Positions 47,601-62,043 of a stretch of DNA of 64,000 nt are shown piece after piece. The first letter of the stretch is position 1, and each line of letters begins with the position of its first letter. Source of the DNA: Calcarisporiella thermophila CBS 279.70 (lineage: Eukaryota > Fungi > Calcarisporiellomycota); the NCBI RefSeq assembly GCF_041956535.1, contig NW_027192191.1, positions 1,251,443-1,315,442 of the forward strand. Direction: 5' to 3'. The notes beneath the pieces are model-generated. The model saw nothing but the letters and a program-made list of their open reading frames with translations. It did not search any database and was not told the DNA's origin. Made by a program: the position numbers and the translations under genes.

Positions 47601-50600
47601 CAGATGTTTGAAATTGGTCCTTCATTTTTTTTCCTCTCTCAAGTATAATAATAACTTACTCCTAGCCGTACGCCATAGAGGCAATAATAGCATTGATAAA
47701 TCTCCTTGCGGTAATAAACTTTGTCAAGTGTGGAGAAAATCTCGAGCAAGATGTTCAAGAATATACCTAAAAATAAAGAGGTTAAGTTGATTGAGTAGCC
47801 AATGCGAAACACATTAAAAAAAAAACAATACGTTTATCAATGCTGCAAATTTCCCGCCAACCAACTTCGTCATGGATCAGAGCCAAAAAGTCGCCAAAAC
47901 CATAGGTGAGTTGTTCGATCGCACTGTTGTATCGTTTTGGAGTGACAGAATGAGAATTGCCCTCATGATCACTACCTGCATCTTCGTTCTCCTGCTCGCT
48001 GGGAGAATCGGCCTGTACTTTCTGCTCTTCTTCGCTAGCATCTATATCCATTGGCTCACATGATTGAGGCTGTTCGTTTATCACAGGATCAGCGGCGGGA
48101 GTGGCGGTCGTGCTGGTCAAACTCGCAATTTGGGACTGATATTTTCGTTGGAATACAAGAATTAAGGTAGTCCATGTTTGTACAGTTAACAGATTAAGGG
48201 CTCTGATATTGTCGCTCTTGCTTGAAAGTGGGTTTCCCGAAGAATTATCTATGTCGAGCCGGAATGCAGACTGATGAAACATATTGGCGAGTGCAGTCCT
48301 GGCCATCACGATTAAGGCCTCGACAAGAGATTCACGAAGCGTATCCGAGAGATCGAGCATATAATCTTCGATATGATAGGTGTTGAGTCATAGCTGAATG
48401 CATACGTGAAAAAAAAGTATTACCATCCACCGGTTTATCTTCCCCAGAATCCTTTGTACCATTCTTATTCAGGAGAGGTATCAGTTTGGTTAGGGTATTA
48501 TTAACCTAGATTCGAGCAATATTACTTAATAAAACATCATGAATTATATAGGTAGCAGCTTCTCACCATTTCGATTAAGGACCAAAATTCCTCATAACTG
48601 GCTACTCCCGATTCCTCGCAGAAGACCTTAAAAATGTCGATAGCATAACAACAAGTACATTGAAACACGTTCCTCGTTTTCCCAAGAGCTGAATAAGCCT
48701 AGAATTGGAATATTGAGATGAAATAAGCACCAACACCCATTGTAAGCTTGTTAAGTAGACTAACTTCAGATAATATTTCTGCCAAGGCAACTCTATTCCA
48801 TACTGGACCATTTAACAAGGATATGTTTGAAGCCGCAGCGTCATCTTGCTCCATATCCGAATTATCCTTGACCGATGGTTCAGTATTTTTACTAAACAGT
48901 ATTGGTTCAAGCCGAGCTACGACCTCCTCGTATTCTCCCAGATCCAAAAGCCGACTAGCTTCGAGTGCATGGTGTTGGGTTTGAAGTACTGAAAGTTTAT
49001 CAGTTGCGCTTCGCCTAGATATCACAGAATCCCAAGCGCTTAAAAGATAGAAAATGTGAGTATAGGTTGTGAAAGAATGAAATAGCCCACGAGTAAATTA
49101 CCAGTTTTCCAAGATGATTTTTCTATCGTCGTGAGGCAAGATGTCTAAAAGTTTGTTGAAGAAATGGATTGCAGAGCCTGCATTGCCTCGACATTGCTCC
49201 AATTTCCCATGAAACCAGCAGTATCTACTGGGCAATAGGCATAAGTATTTGTGACCATTCTATGCCGAAGCAACAATTACCTAGCTATTAATTGGCTCTT
49301 TTTTGCATCTGAATTGCCGCTGAGAGCGTCCATTGCCGTTTGCTTAATAATGAGGTCCCAAAAATGTAGTACAGTAAAAGCGCGTGAATTATTTTCGGAG
49401 GCTCCTGACGACTTGCAATCCTTCGCAGATGTTTCTTTGGCAGTGGATTTCCCCAAGGCACTCTTATTTGTGTCAGTCATAATATGAGTTATGAGACGAT
49501 CCAACACGAACTCCGCAATAGATATTAAGAACTATACAAAATACGATGATTTTAGATATGCAAATGCTAAATACCTTAAAAAAAACTAACCGTGTGGTTA
49601 TTCCCATCCTGATCCAGATTTCTATTGTTCATTTCATCTTTGTTTGCCTGGGAGTAAAAATATAGCAGATGTTCCTCCACGATATCATATATGTTTGCAA
49701 CGGCCTGCTTCATTCGCTTTGACCAATGTCTGAACCAACTTTGATTCGTGTCTTGCTCCCCAAATATCCGCTGTAAGAGGCGACAAAGACAGTCGAGAAT
49801 ACCAGAATTGTCGTGGTTCAATTCATCTACAAATCTAAGCAATTGATCGGAATCTTCCGCTCTTCCGGGTTCAGTCTCACGAATAGGATTAGGTGTAAAT
49901 AGCGCGAAATTTAACTTCAGCTCCACTGATCTACGAAAAAAAAACATTGATGATATATATATATAAATTACGTGTAGAAAGGGTATGGATAAATACTTCT
50001 TTTTATTCACATTGTCCTTTTCTTTGCCCGAGTTTGGCGGTATTTTTCCTTTGTCTTTTGAACCTCTTCGTTGATCAGATATGGGAGGTGAGACCGAGGT
50101 CTGATAGGGAATGTCTTCTACGCGCCTAGTGAAATTGCTCAGGAAATCTTGGATTTGTAGCTCTGTCCAGTCATTAAACGGATCTTGCGCCTGCCCATCG
50201 TCAAATAGACGACCTTTCAAAGACCAACCATACGGCTTAAGAAAATCGTCTATTTTAGAAAATACCATAGTTTCCTCCTGCTCCAGTTTCCGCTTTGAGA
50301 CTTCAGATTGATCGAGTTTTTCGCGAACGCGCTTTGATACTCTGGTCGTCCAATATACAAAATATGAATTTTGCATGTTTCTATTTAAGCCATATTAAAT
50401 ATTGAATGATAATACGCACCTAGTAGCCCGACGCTCCTCATTCAAGTCCATGCTCCTCCGTCTCTTGTTTATGGGCGGGGACTTTTCTCTTCTCGAATCA
50501 TCTTCTGCTAGAATGCCAGTTGAATCCGCAATGTTACTATTTGCCTCCACTTCATTATCTTCCTTGCTTAGATCAACCACCTCCACTTCTTGCGACTTCT

Positions 50601-52015
50601 GGTCCGTATTGGCAGGGGGTGGGACAGATGGGCTGGGCTCTTGCACATTTATTATAAGTTTTCGACCCAAGAAAAACGGCTTTTTCATATCCTCGCCTCT
50701 GTTCTCCTGGTTACTCTCGTCATCGTCTTGAGAGGTAGGGCAGATTTTTGAATAGGCATTGAGAAGAGATTCGCACAAGCATTCCCAGCTAGGTTCTGGC
50801 ATTTCAATAAGAAAAGTTTCCCCTTCCATTGGCTTGACCGAATTCTCGGGGGATTCTGACAGGTCTCCTGCTGCATCAATGCTAAAAACGAGAACTAAAT
50901 GTAAGCTTTCAAATGGGGCTGATATTATGGAGAAGCAAATTACCCGGAGACACCATCGAGAATCTGGTGCTGCAACCATTTTCCTCGTTCAAAATCGGGA
51001 TAAATTTTCATCGCTTTTTCAATGTATCTCAAACAAGAGGTGTAATCTCCCAGCTGGTATAATACCTAGTATAAGACCCAAACATCATAATAGTTAGAGT
51101 TAGAGTAATGTATATGCACCATGATCTAACATGGTCCTCACATTGCAAAGCTCCTCTAGACACCACCATTTAATGGGGCCAAGATCTAATGCAGTTATGT
51201 CGCCGTCCAGACTCCCAATAGCATTCTCAAAGGCTAAACGAGCAAGTCGAAATCGCTTCTCTTTTGCTGCTAGCGTGCCAATGCGGTACCACAGGCTATG
51301 ATCGGATGAATCTACTCCGGTTGCCTATAAGATAGGATAGTATAATTAAATCATCATGCGGTCCAGGGTAAATGTGAATATGCTTACCTTAATATAGTAT
51401 ATTAGTGCTGCTCCATGTCCCAACTGCCCTTGCTTTTCCTCGTCCTCCAAGATATCTGCATAATTTTTAAGTACGGTATATTGAAGGGATGCAATTTGAT
51501 TTTCCTGGTCAATAGCATCCTTCTCTAACGAATCCTACAAATTATTGGAATAAACCATTTCAAGCAAGAGTCCATTTTCGGATCCATTTTTTTGTGTTTC
51601 TTACAATTTGAGCAGGCCGTTGGAAAATTTTGGACTTGAGCAGATTCTCATATAAATCTTTTGCGTCTTTAATTCTCCCTTTCTGATGCAACCTTAGCGC
51701 CCGTTGATATATTTCCATGCTCCGCTCAATCTAGTTCAATGCAATTAAATAAAGAGCATCGGATTAGCTTTAAAAAGGAACAAAAGTTAAAATCAGTCAG
51801 GAATTCATACCTCTACTTCCCAAAACTCCCTTTCGCTCACGAATGACACAACAGTGTTGGCTTCATTAAGTGTCGACCATCGAATCTACCAATAAAAATA
51901 AAAGATTTCATGTCGCGATTAGAAAATAATTAGAATAAAGCACACAGAATGTCATTTCAGACAGGTTTTCTGTTTGCACCGAACACTCTTTCAAATATCC
52001 TAACATTCTTACCAT
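44616..52015 (-). CDS. HIR3: Histone transcription regulator Hir3 / CABIN1-like TPR protein, many exons
   Basis: M/IRWSTLNE...YQRALRLH, YTVLKNYA, D..DHSLWYRIG..A...RFRLARLAFE, ADKKKWHHRPVYR.AW, IW.PDFEK/RSGRHFVYV..Y. Confidence 0.88.
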
Positions 52016-52203
52016 GATTTCGGCACCAATGTCTTGCTCTTTAACGCGGTAATCTTTGAGCTCATATGTGCTAAAGACTTTATGACCTCGCATACATTTT
52101 ACAACCCCGCAATGCCGCAGTGACATTGACAGTCACTTAATGAAGAGTTACGATTCGAGAAAGAAAGAGATGTATCCTATGGAGTGCGATGAAATCGGTT
52201 AGA

Positions 52204-53915
52204 ATGACGAAAGATTCAACAACTTCAGGAGGTGTCAAACGAAACCTTCTTATATTCCTCGCAGCAGCCTTAGTTCGCCTTATACTTTTCCGGATACCTG
52301 CGGTTACGGATACTTTGGTGACGCGTGTTGAGACCACTACACCTCTTACAAGCTACAAGCGATGTATGATGTTCTCTATTTTCCCCTATTTGATTTATGG
52401 AGATGGGATTTAATGAGGAAAAGTGACGCTGATTTGTTTTATCTTTCTGTTAATGAATTAGTATGTGAGGGTGTATATTTGTTTCAACACGGTCTACCAC
52501 CATATGATGGAGGAATATTTCACCATGTAAGCGCCTTATGCAATGAAAATTTCTTCTCTTTTGTTAACCCCCAACCTCTATTTCCAAAGCCGCCTCTATT
52601 TCTCCCTCTATTTCAAATTTTCCTGCAGCTACCCCAATTCTTCACACATCTAATCTATATTGTCGCCGATTTGGCTATTGCGTATGGTCTTAGCGAAGTA
52701 ACGCGACGGAAACAGCAAATCTATAGTAACAAAAAGGCTCTGGATGAAGAAAGGGGCAAAGCAGAAATTACCCCCTTCTCAGTTGCCGCTCTCTATCTTT
52801 TCAATCCACTTACTATTGCTTCATGCGTGTCAAAATCCACGGTTATCTTTTCGAATGCGGCTATTGTCGGTGCGGTCGTATATGCAACAAAAGGTAACTT
52901 ATCTTTTTGGCGTCCAAAGCACCGGGAGACTCGGCTGATATATGATTACATGATATTGTGCCTCCAAATTAGCCGAGATCAGTCTTTCCATGTTCTGGCT
53001 TGCCGCTGCATCCTACCACAGTTTTTATCCGATCATGCTGGTGGTGCCACTTGTGATGCTAATTTCAAGCCAGCGTAGTGAATGGAGACGGACTGCGGTG
53101 GAGAGTGCAGGGTTCTTGGCAATATGGCTCTCCGCATTACTGGGGCTCTCCTACCTATTGGTGGGATCTTGGGACTTCATCCACTCTACCTATGGCTTAA
53201 TGTAAGGAGGAAAGACGACGAGGATGTCTCTGTGGGATTTTACTAACCGTACTCTCAGTCTTAGCGTGTCCGACTTGACCCCCAATGTCGGCCTATTCTG
53301 GTACTTCTTCATCGAAATGTTCGACCAGTTTCGCACCTTTTTCCTGGTAGTGTTCCAGTTGCATGCATTCACATTTACGGTGCCGTTTTCAATTAAATTC
53401 AGGTAGAGGCTTAACATTACTCCATGGCTTTTAATTTTTTCTGATGGCCCCTTTGCCCGTTTCTACGTTCCCATGAATATTAGCGAGCACCCGCTTTTCG
53501 TTGTTTTCCTCTTAACCACGGTCATGGCCCTTTTTAAATCCTATCCCTCAATCGGAGATGCGGCTCTCTATATGGGCTTCTTCCCTATATATCACGAAAT
53601 ATTCAAATGTAAGGCCTATTTCCACTTGCTCCCCAATTGCACTCCATTCAATAGCCCGTCTTCATACTCCCTCTAGACATCCGCCTTGGCTTCCTCTCTG
53701 CTAATCTTTATCTGTACGCTGCCGCTCTTTCACCTGTATTCTGGTATCTCTGGGTGTGGGCAGGCACTGGAAACGCAAACTTTTTCTACGCTGTAACCCT
53801 CGTCTATAACTCAGCCCAGGTCGTGCTCCTGGTGGATGCCGTTTTTGCATTCCTGCGTCGAGAATACGATCTCGAGCACCCCGAGGCAAGGGGGAAAGAG
53901 ATCATCCAGAAATGA
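52204..53915 (+). CDS. GAB1: GPI transamidase subunit PIG-U/Gab1 (alternative start 52189)
   Basis: RVETTTPLTSYKR, EGVYLF..GLPPYDGG.FH, YLFNPLTI..C, DLTPNVGLFWYFFIEMFDQFR, FKSYPSIGD, GTGNANFFY. Confidence 0.93.
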
Positions 53916-54405
53916 GGGAAAAAAAAAATGATACGAGCGTATTGGTTGTCGTCATTACTTGTAGTTTTTTCATGCCTTCTCCTCCAATACAAACGACCAT
54001 GTATATGTCACACTGGAATATTCATTTTTATTCTCAAAACGATATCAAGGATAAACTGCCATAAAAGGAATTCTACTCGTGAGCAATAAGAGAAATAGGA
54101 TAAGAGTGTACTGATAGCAGAAAAGGGGTGAAATAATAAAGTAGGTGTGTGCATATATCACCTATTTTTTAGGGGGGGTGGGGGGTAGAAGAAATAATGG
54201 TAAAATGGTCATAGGAATAAAATCGGGATATATACAGGGTAATTTGCCTCGTTCCTAAATCAAAACTACATACACTAGCTCCAGGTGAACGGAAAGAAAT
54301 GAAGAGAATACAAGCCAAACTTTTACACGAACGAGGGAATTGGGTGGGGATTGGGGAGTGCTTCATGATGGAGCATTCTAAAGATGCCGAGGTGCTCAGT
54401 CCCCC

Positions 54406-57400
54406 TTAATTTAGGGCATTGACAACCAAATTCAAGCACCCTATCCCAATCATCCCCATGGAATCCCGCCGCTCGACCTCGACTTCGTTTTTCAAAGGCT
54501 CCAGCGTCTCGATGGCCGTGATGACATCCTCGTCATTCGTCAAGCTGACCCAATCGCCGTCTTCATCCTGATACTTCACGGCGCAGTCGGTTGTTTCAGA
54601 TAAATGGCCACGAAGTTGCAGCTTGTGTCGTACGTGCTCCAAGAGCTGAGAGAAGCTCACATCGCGCGAGACTCTAAACTTGTAAGTGTTCTGGTCGTAT
54701 CGGATGCATACCATAATTTGGTTTGGCGAAAGGACTGGGGAAGGAGCGATCGAGGAGGTTGGAGAGCCTGGAGTAGGGGGGGATTCGATAAGGCTGTGAA
54801 GCACACGCACAGGCTGGGATTCGATGGCCGGGGGGCTCAGCGGGGGCGTTTCTAGCGGATGAGAGGACTTGGATACGATGACGCCAAGCCCATACTGTGG
54901 CAGGGGAGGCATCGCCGTAGAAGACTCCTGCCTCCGCAGAGGGGGTGGCTGATATGCAAGCGGAGAGCTCATCGATCGAAGCCGGGTTTTGGCAAGAAGC
55001 GACGACATTTTGCTATCGTACTGGCCGATGGACGATTTGTCGCGGTGAACATCCCGAGCGGACTGCTGCAGTGCACTATGGGAGGGGGAACGAACTAGGG
55101 AGGGCGTGGTTGCAGGGGGCGGGGTGTATGGGACCGCATGAATGGCATCTTCGTCGATGCTTGAAAGATCCTTCTGCTGCGGGAGGGCCTTATCCGGGCC
55201 ATGTTCTTCCGCCTCGGACAAGGCTGTGCCATTTACGGGCGAGCTGGCGGAGCGCTGCTGGGGCACTCTAGCGATAGCTGGGGCTGAAGCCAGCCTTGTA
55301 AGCGGAGGCATCGACATGGTTGGCAACCCATTCGAGGATTGTAGCGGGTGTATTTTTCTGCCATAGCTTTGGCGATTTGTTCCTGCGCTGCTGTTTGCAC
55401 CGTCGCCATCCACCAGGGTTGACTCGCTCCAGTTGCCCACCTGAGAGTTTGACCTCAGCTCTGATGAGCTTTGAAAGAGAGGGATGCTTTTCTCTTCGGA
55501 GAGCGAGGTTGCTTCCAACTGACGCCAATAATAGTCCATCCCATCGTCGAATGTGTCCTCACTCTCACTTGTGTAGACCTCGTTCTCTCCGTCATTCTCA
55601 TCCAACTCGACATACGATCGCTGGTCGTCGTGGTAGTGTTTCGATTGGAGATTGCCGAAAGGCTGGAGAACGGAGGCGTCCTTTTCTTTACGGGATTCCT
55701 CGAATCGTGAAAGCAAGAGGGTCTCCCATTGTTTGAGCTTTTCCTCGTGAAGAATATTGCACAGCTCAAACCACTTGGAGCCTTGGTTATAGGAGACTTT
55801 GATTGAATAGGAGCCTAAAGTTCATCCTTTCATGTTAGTAATGGGGGTCGTCGAAATTTGAAACAAGAGGCACAACTAACCCTGTTGTCCACTCGTGGAG
55901 ATGCTAGTGATGTCGCCAAATTCCACGATGCCCTTGAGTTGAGCACCACTTGGCCGCCGTCTCATTGCTAGGCCAAGTGCGTCCATCGCGTTCCCCTTTT
56001 TCCTCGTTTCGTTCTCCTTGATCAAGATCACCCCCCGCTCGAATAGGCACAGTCTCATGGTCCGCATTTGGTCCGCTTTGCTGCCGGCCATACAAACACT
56101 AAACACGTCCGTGAGCAAGAGTGCGCCCATTCCATCCCGCGCGTTCTCAATCTCCTTGCAAGCGTTCTCTTGCAGCTTTTTAACGTAAGCGAGATTCTCT
56201 TGCCGGCGCTTCTCCTCGTTCACCCGCTCGAGGATTCGCCGGGCAACCGATAGCGCCTCGCTTTGCTCGTCATAGTACGGGTGGTCGAGGTGGGTGTGTT
56301 TGATCAGGTTTTCAAGCAGAAGTGTATAGAGCGCCAGCCTTTGCACAGGCCGAATCAGCAATGCTGGCAATGCCCGCCGCGGCTCTATCATGTCGGCCAG
56401 TTCTTCTAGGGCGGTGATCTCGGTATTGATCAGCTCGCATGCCGATTCGTAGTTGATGCAAAATGCGATGTAGGTCTCGAACCCCTCTTCCGCCTGGCGG
56501 AAGACCTCGCCAAAGCGCTGCTCACTGGGGGGGAGCTCTGCATTTGCCTCTATTGCGCACAGGAAGCGACGTTGGAAATCAATGAGGAGATTGAGGTTGG
56601 CGAAGAGACGATGTATTGTGTCCGCACTGACGATGTTATTCTCCTGCAGCTGCTTCATATAATTCTAGGCAGGAAGTCTGATGTCAGCACTCGGATTCAA
56701 GCGCGGCTGCCGATAGTGACAATGTAGCTCACCTGAAGACTCTCCAAGTCCTGCACATATTTCCTCTCCGTCTCCACGAACTCATTGACCACCTTGGCGC
56801 GACTATCCGTCGGTGTGGGCGGCTCCTCGAAGTTGTCTGCAGTGTTTTCCAGCAGTAATCCCTCTGCCTCCATTTGATTAAGTAGCAATGTCACTGTTTT
56901 TACCACCTAGCATAGGGTACCAAACATGAGAGGGGAAAATCACATCAATGAACCATTGCATGGGGGGAAAAGCAAGTACCTTGACAAAGCCGTTGGTGTC
57001 GTTTAAAAATACATCCGAGATCCCAAACATCTCCTCCTCCCGCCACCCAAGATCTTTCAGCGCCGTCAAGAAATAGTACACATATATCTTTTCGTTCTTC
57101 TTCTCGTTAGGGGTGAGGCGGGCCGAAACGTCGATCTTGTGATTGGGCCGCCAGACATTGAAGAGGTGGAGCAGCGGGGCCCCCCTCCGGAAGATCTCCC
57201 ACACCTGCATCAGCGGATCCGTGGTGGCATTGCCGCCCTCATGCGCGGGCCCATTGGATTTGAACAGTCGCTCGAAATCCGGCACTCGATGCAGCTGGTC
57301 AAGCAGAGCACGGCTGGACTGGAAGAGGGATCCGGTGGGGGTGATTGGGGGGGCGGGCAGGATGGGCGAGTCGACGACCACCGGTGATGGGGCGGCGGAT

Positions 57401-57441
57401 GTCACGACGGACGAAGAGCGGCTACGTAAGAGAAGGGGCAT
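54406..57441 (-). CDS. CDC24: Cdc24/Scd1 Rho GEF (CH-DH-PH-PB1)
   Basis: DPLMQVWEIFRRGAPL (CH), DTNGFVKV, EFVETERKYVQDLE, LLIRPVQR (DH), LCLFER (PH), VKYQDEDGDWVSL (PB1). Confidence 0.9.
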
Positions 57442-58370
57442 AGACGCAGGGGATAGAAAGGCGAGGGTTGCGGGCGGTTATCTTACAGAGGCGGGTTTCC
57501 TGGTTCCAAAGCGAAGACACCATGAAAAAGGGGAACAAATTAGAACCTAAAAAAACACGCGAAATTTCAAGCCTCGCAGATCGGCCAGTAGCAGCGAGCG
57601 AGGTCCGTGAATTGGAATCCCAAAAAACGATTAGCGCCAATAGAGTTCCCACAAAAATCGCCTGCTATTTTTGCCCATCGCCGCACGAGTGGTGGCCGGT
57701 TGACGCATCCACAAGCTTCAAGCACTTCCTCGTGAGAAATCGAAGTCAGGCCCTCAAGTCAACCGGAAAAAAAAGCCGTCCCATTCCAATGTTATCCAAT
57801 TCGAGCATCGGCAGTATGGAGCATGGATCCATGCTCCCCCTTCCACCCTCGCCGCAGAACAGGCTCAATATAGCCTCTTCCGTCTCTGAGCCTGCCGCCG
57901 CCTTTTCCCTCGGCGCCGCTTCCCCTGTCAACCAGCCTGGCGCTCTGCCGCGCCGCACCCTAACGAACGGCTTTGGTTTAGCGCCAACCCTGGGGGCTCT
58001 CTTGGGGCCCTAGAGGCCCAGGCCGATGCTCGCTTCCGATTCTAAGAGCGGGCCCATCGACCAAAGCTTAGTGGAATAAGCGTTAAGTTTGTGCCATATT
58101 CCGTGGCCAGGTTCGTGAAATTCTCAAAGTTTATTCCCTTGATATAATAAGAAGTCCTAGAGGACGTCATCTTCTACACAATGATATTGGACATCCCTAA
58201 CCCCTCGAAACAAAATAGAATCTAAGAAGGGAGAGAAAGAAAGAGAGAGAGAGGGCGATAGAACAGATTTGCTCAAGAATTGATCACGTGCCGAATCTGC
58301 ACCATAAACACACTAAAAATGAGGAGGAGCTATACAAACGAGCATTTAGACGAAATAATAAGAATAGAAA

Positions 58371-58394
58371 ATATATATATATATATATATATAT
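58371..58394 (+). repeat. (AT)12 microsatellite just 3' of ATG13
   Basis: Direct reading of the sequence. Confidence 0.9.
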
Positions 58395-58424
58395 GTATTT
58401 AATTAGTGTAGCATATTAAACAAC

Positions 58425-61400
58425 CTAGCAACTTCCTGGAAACTTAGCATCTCGCCCGGCGCCCTTCTCCCCGCCGCTAAACGACTCCCTCCTTTCCCGT
58501 TCGCCGGCCAACGGAGGTCCGGATGGGTGTCTCCGCCTGATCTCCAGAGCGGGACTCCCCCTCAAGGCAAGAGGGGGGAATGGGGGCGACATCTGATGCG
58601 GCGGTGAAGACGGGGTCGACCTGTTGTTGGAGGACGCGGGGGGGGTGGAGGTGCCCCTCGAGGGCGATAAGCCTGCGGCAGCTCCACCATGAGGTTCAGA
58701 ATGGGCTACCAGCCAATCAGGAGACTGAGTCTCTACGTGGAGCTCGCTCATGGCAAAGAGAAGCGAGTCGTCATCGTCCACCGGGGTGGAGAGGGAGTCT
58801 CCCCCCGTGGTTTTGGCTCGGGCCAGAGAGGAGCGGGCCTCCTTTTCCCCCTCGCCCTCCACATCGCACACCCCGTTGTTTCGCCCAACGCCCGCCATCT
58901 CCTCGCTCTCGTTCGATCCCCTCCTAAGATCTCTGCCCCCCGTGCTGGTCTCCTGGACCGCGGCAATGCGGGGATAGGATGACGTCACCGAGGACGAGCC
59001 AGCTGACCCGGATGCAGCGGAGCCGGAGGAGGGTCGCCGCATATGGGGCGGCTGGATGGCGGCCGAGGCGGGGATGGGCGAATAGGTCAACGCCCGGGAG
59101 GTCTCACGCTGATGCAGAGAGGGCCGCCGCAAAACGGCTCCTGGGCCGTCTCTCGGGGCGGGGGTAAGCGGCGGAGGAGAGGAGGTGTGAGAGAATCGCC
59201 TCTGCTGATAATACTCGTCGGCATTGGCATAGCCCCCTGCGGAGATATCCAACGAGGGGGGGCGGTTTTGAGCGGTTGCGTAGCTCCCACTGCTGCTGCT
59301 CTCTCGACTTGCAACGCTACTACTGCGGCGGTTACGATGATTGAGCAGATGGTGGTGCGGGTACGGCTGATAGGGATCCGTCCCGGTGGGAAGGGGTCGC
59401 CCGGGTTGCGAGAAGCGACGCGTCTGCGAGGAGGAGTCCGAGGGGGATATCATCGGATGGGTAGGCTGTCCAAGTGAGGGGGAGTCGGGGGAGGCAATCA
59501 AGGGCGGATTGGAGTGGGTGGTATCTTGCGACGAGGAGGCCTCCGTTAAACCAGGCTGCTGCTGTAGAACCGCACTCGACGAGATGGATTCAATGAGAGC
59601 GTTGTTCACATCCCGCAGCTGCTGAAACCGCGAGAGAGCAAGTCGGGAGCGATGCATAGATCCGGAGATGAATGTGCCACTCTGCCCCCCTTGATCCACA
59701 TGACTTGGCGGAGATGCTGACACGTGGGTAGAGCGGCGGGAAAAGATCCCGAGGGATTCACGGGAGTCTATCATCTTGAGGAACTCCCCGACATCCTCCT
59801 CCTCAGCTTGCCATGTCGAAATAGACTAAACAATGAACAATGTAAATTACAACCAAGTATCAGTCTATCCAATTGGAGAAAACGCTTACCGATGCACCAA
59901 AGGAATCTCTATGGCTCCTCACGCTGGCTGTATCTGATGCACCCTCGTCGCTTCGATTAGCCGTACTCCCGCGACTGAACTTTCTATTCCTTTCGTACCG
60001 ATAGTAAGAACTGGGTGATAGCCGAGGAAGGTTCGACGAGGAAATCGATGACACAGACTTGAGCGAAGACGAGGGATGCAGCTCAGGAATGGGTCTTCCG
60101 GCAGAGATGCCCCCCGATGTCGCCGGATCATGAGATGACATTCCAGTTGCATCAGGCGATGGATGGTGTGCAATCGAAGACGAGGGAGAACGGTTGTAAA
60201 ACGGCAAAGAGGAAGGGGAAGATGAAAGCGAGGGGGACTTGAAAGGCGAGACGAATGTAACGGATGGGCGACGCCCTGAGGCACTAGATTCTCGCCCGCT
60301 CAGGTAGCTCAACTCGGTCCGCCAAGGTGAACTTGAAAGTGTGGTTCGCCTTCGTAGCGATTGAGAGGAGGCAGTTGACTGCGTGCTCGATCGACGCTGC
60401 ATCGCAATACCCTCCGCAAATTGCGATTGTCCATGAGAGTCTGACCGACGAGCAGGAGGTAGAGGGCCATAGACAGGATGTGGTGAAAGCGAGGAAGTGG
60501 AAGGCAGAGAGTTGGGTGTTTGGGGTGAGCTTGACGAGTATTCATGTCGTCGTTCCAAGGGCTGAAAATGCGATAATCATTTAGAATAGATGAGCGTGTC
60601 GATAAAAACATAAAAGCGGTGACTCACCAGCTTAGTCACAAGTCGAAGGTCTTTCTCCTTTCTTCCTTGAGAGCTAAGATTACGCGACATTGGGGGCGAG
60701 AAATAGTTTTCGTCCATATCAATGAATCTCGCGCTCAACAAGGCTTCCGGGTCATCCACATGAAACGATACGTTGGTTCGATATTCCACCCGTAAAGAAA
60801 AAATACTATTAAAAAAAACCCAGACCAAGGGTAAATATAAGCATAGAGAATAGAAATGAAATAGAGCGATATGAATGTTACCCTAGGGGCGTTTCTATTT
60901 GACCTATCCTTAGCTCCTTGACTACTGGCTTTGTGTCTTCCAAGAGTGGGACATCTTGTTAATAATGAATATAGCATAAAATGAAGGAAAACGTTAAGTG
61001 GATCGCATCATCAAGCAGTTGAAAATAGTCATAGCAAAATTCTTATATCACTAACCTATTCCATACTCATGGGGAGGGGTGCTTGAGCCGCTCACTAACC
61101 TGCATCCAATTTTTAGAGCGCTACCCACTCGCGCTTTCTGCAGTTGACGATAAAGCTGGAACGCCGGTAGAAGACGCGCATAAGTGTAGAGAGAACGAAA
61201 AAATATTATGGAGTATTTGTATATCACAGGTAGATCCATTGAGGAAGTTGTAGTATTTGATGCCGATGCAGAAGAAGAGCTGCTAATTAAAAAATTACAG
61301 TGAATTGACATTTCGAAGCAACAAACCCAAGCTACATACTCCAACGAGAGAGTCCATCTCTCTAATAAAATAGCTGATTTCCGTATCCCAAGGCCAAGGC

Positions 61401-62043
61401 CACCAAGATCTATGCGGTGTCTTCGCATGTGCTCATCAAGTATGATTAATATCTGTGTCTGACTGAGATCGGATGCGTCCAAAAAAATTTCAATAATCAA
61501 AGGAGGCGGTGATGAAGCACCGGTAGCAGAAGGCGATGCAGCCAGATTTCGCCAGAATTTGAGATCCTCTTTGAAGAAATCGAGCTCCTCTAGTTCAATA
61601 TTAAACTACAGGCAGTCATTAAGTAAACCGACATTGAGAAAGTTCAAATATTCAATTCTTACCCATTTGTTCGTTTTCTTAGAAGAAGGTTGACCAGGAG
61701 ATTGAAGTAGCTGAATGCTGGGGGGGAGCCCCATTGTCTCGCGATTAAACCAATACAAATCATGAGGAATAACTCGTGCTCCAACGACAATCTGCACAGT
61801 TTTTGTGTAGAAATTCTATAAAGAAATAGCGCATATAGGTAATCATCTTCGTTTCATCTCTCATTGTCTTGATCTGGTATCTACCTGTGCAATCTGTTCT
61901 GCTTTAGAGGCTCTGCCCTGGTAAGAGTTTGAGGGCGGAGAAGGCGAAGGATCTGGATGTGATGGACCACCCCCGTGCAAGTGGTGATGACGATGTGTAG
62001 AAGACGGTGGAAAAGAGCCAACCGTGTGAAATGTGTTCGACAT
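58425..62043 (-). CDS. ATG13: Autophagy protein Atg13 (HORMA + Ser-rich disordered region)
   Basis: KAEQIAQ/NFYTKTVQIVVGAR, KTNKW/FNIELEE, ILLERWTL, DLPVIYKYSIIFFRSLYTYARLLPA, V.YRTNVSFHVDDPEALLS, DDDDSLLFAMSEL. Confidence 0.92.

Noticed and set aside
48361-48423. Apparent in-frame TGA (selenocysteine or readthrough) in HIR3
   Set aside because: Falls inside an intron ending at the AAG acceptor 48366-48368.
57468-58013. 181-aa plus-strand ORF between CDC24 and ATG13
   Set aside because: TTG start, overlaps the CDC24 leader/promoter, no domain, GC-rich context; probably chance.
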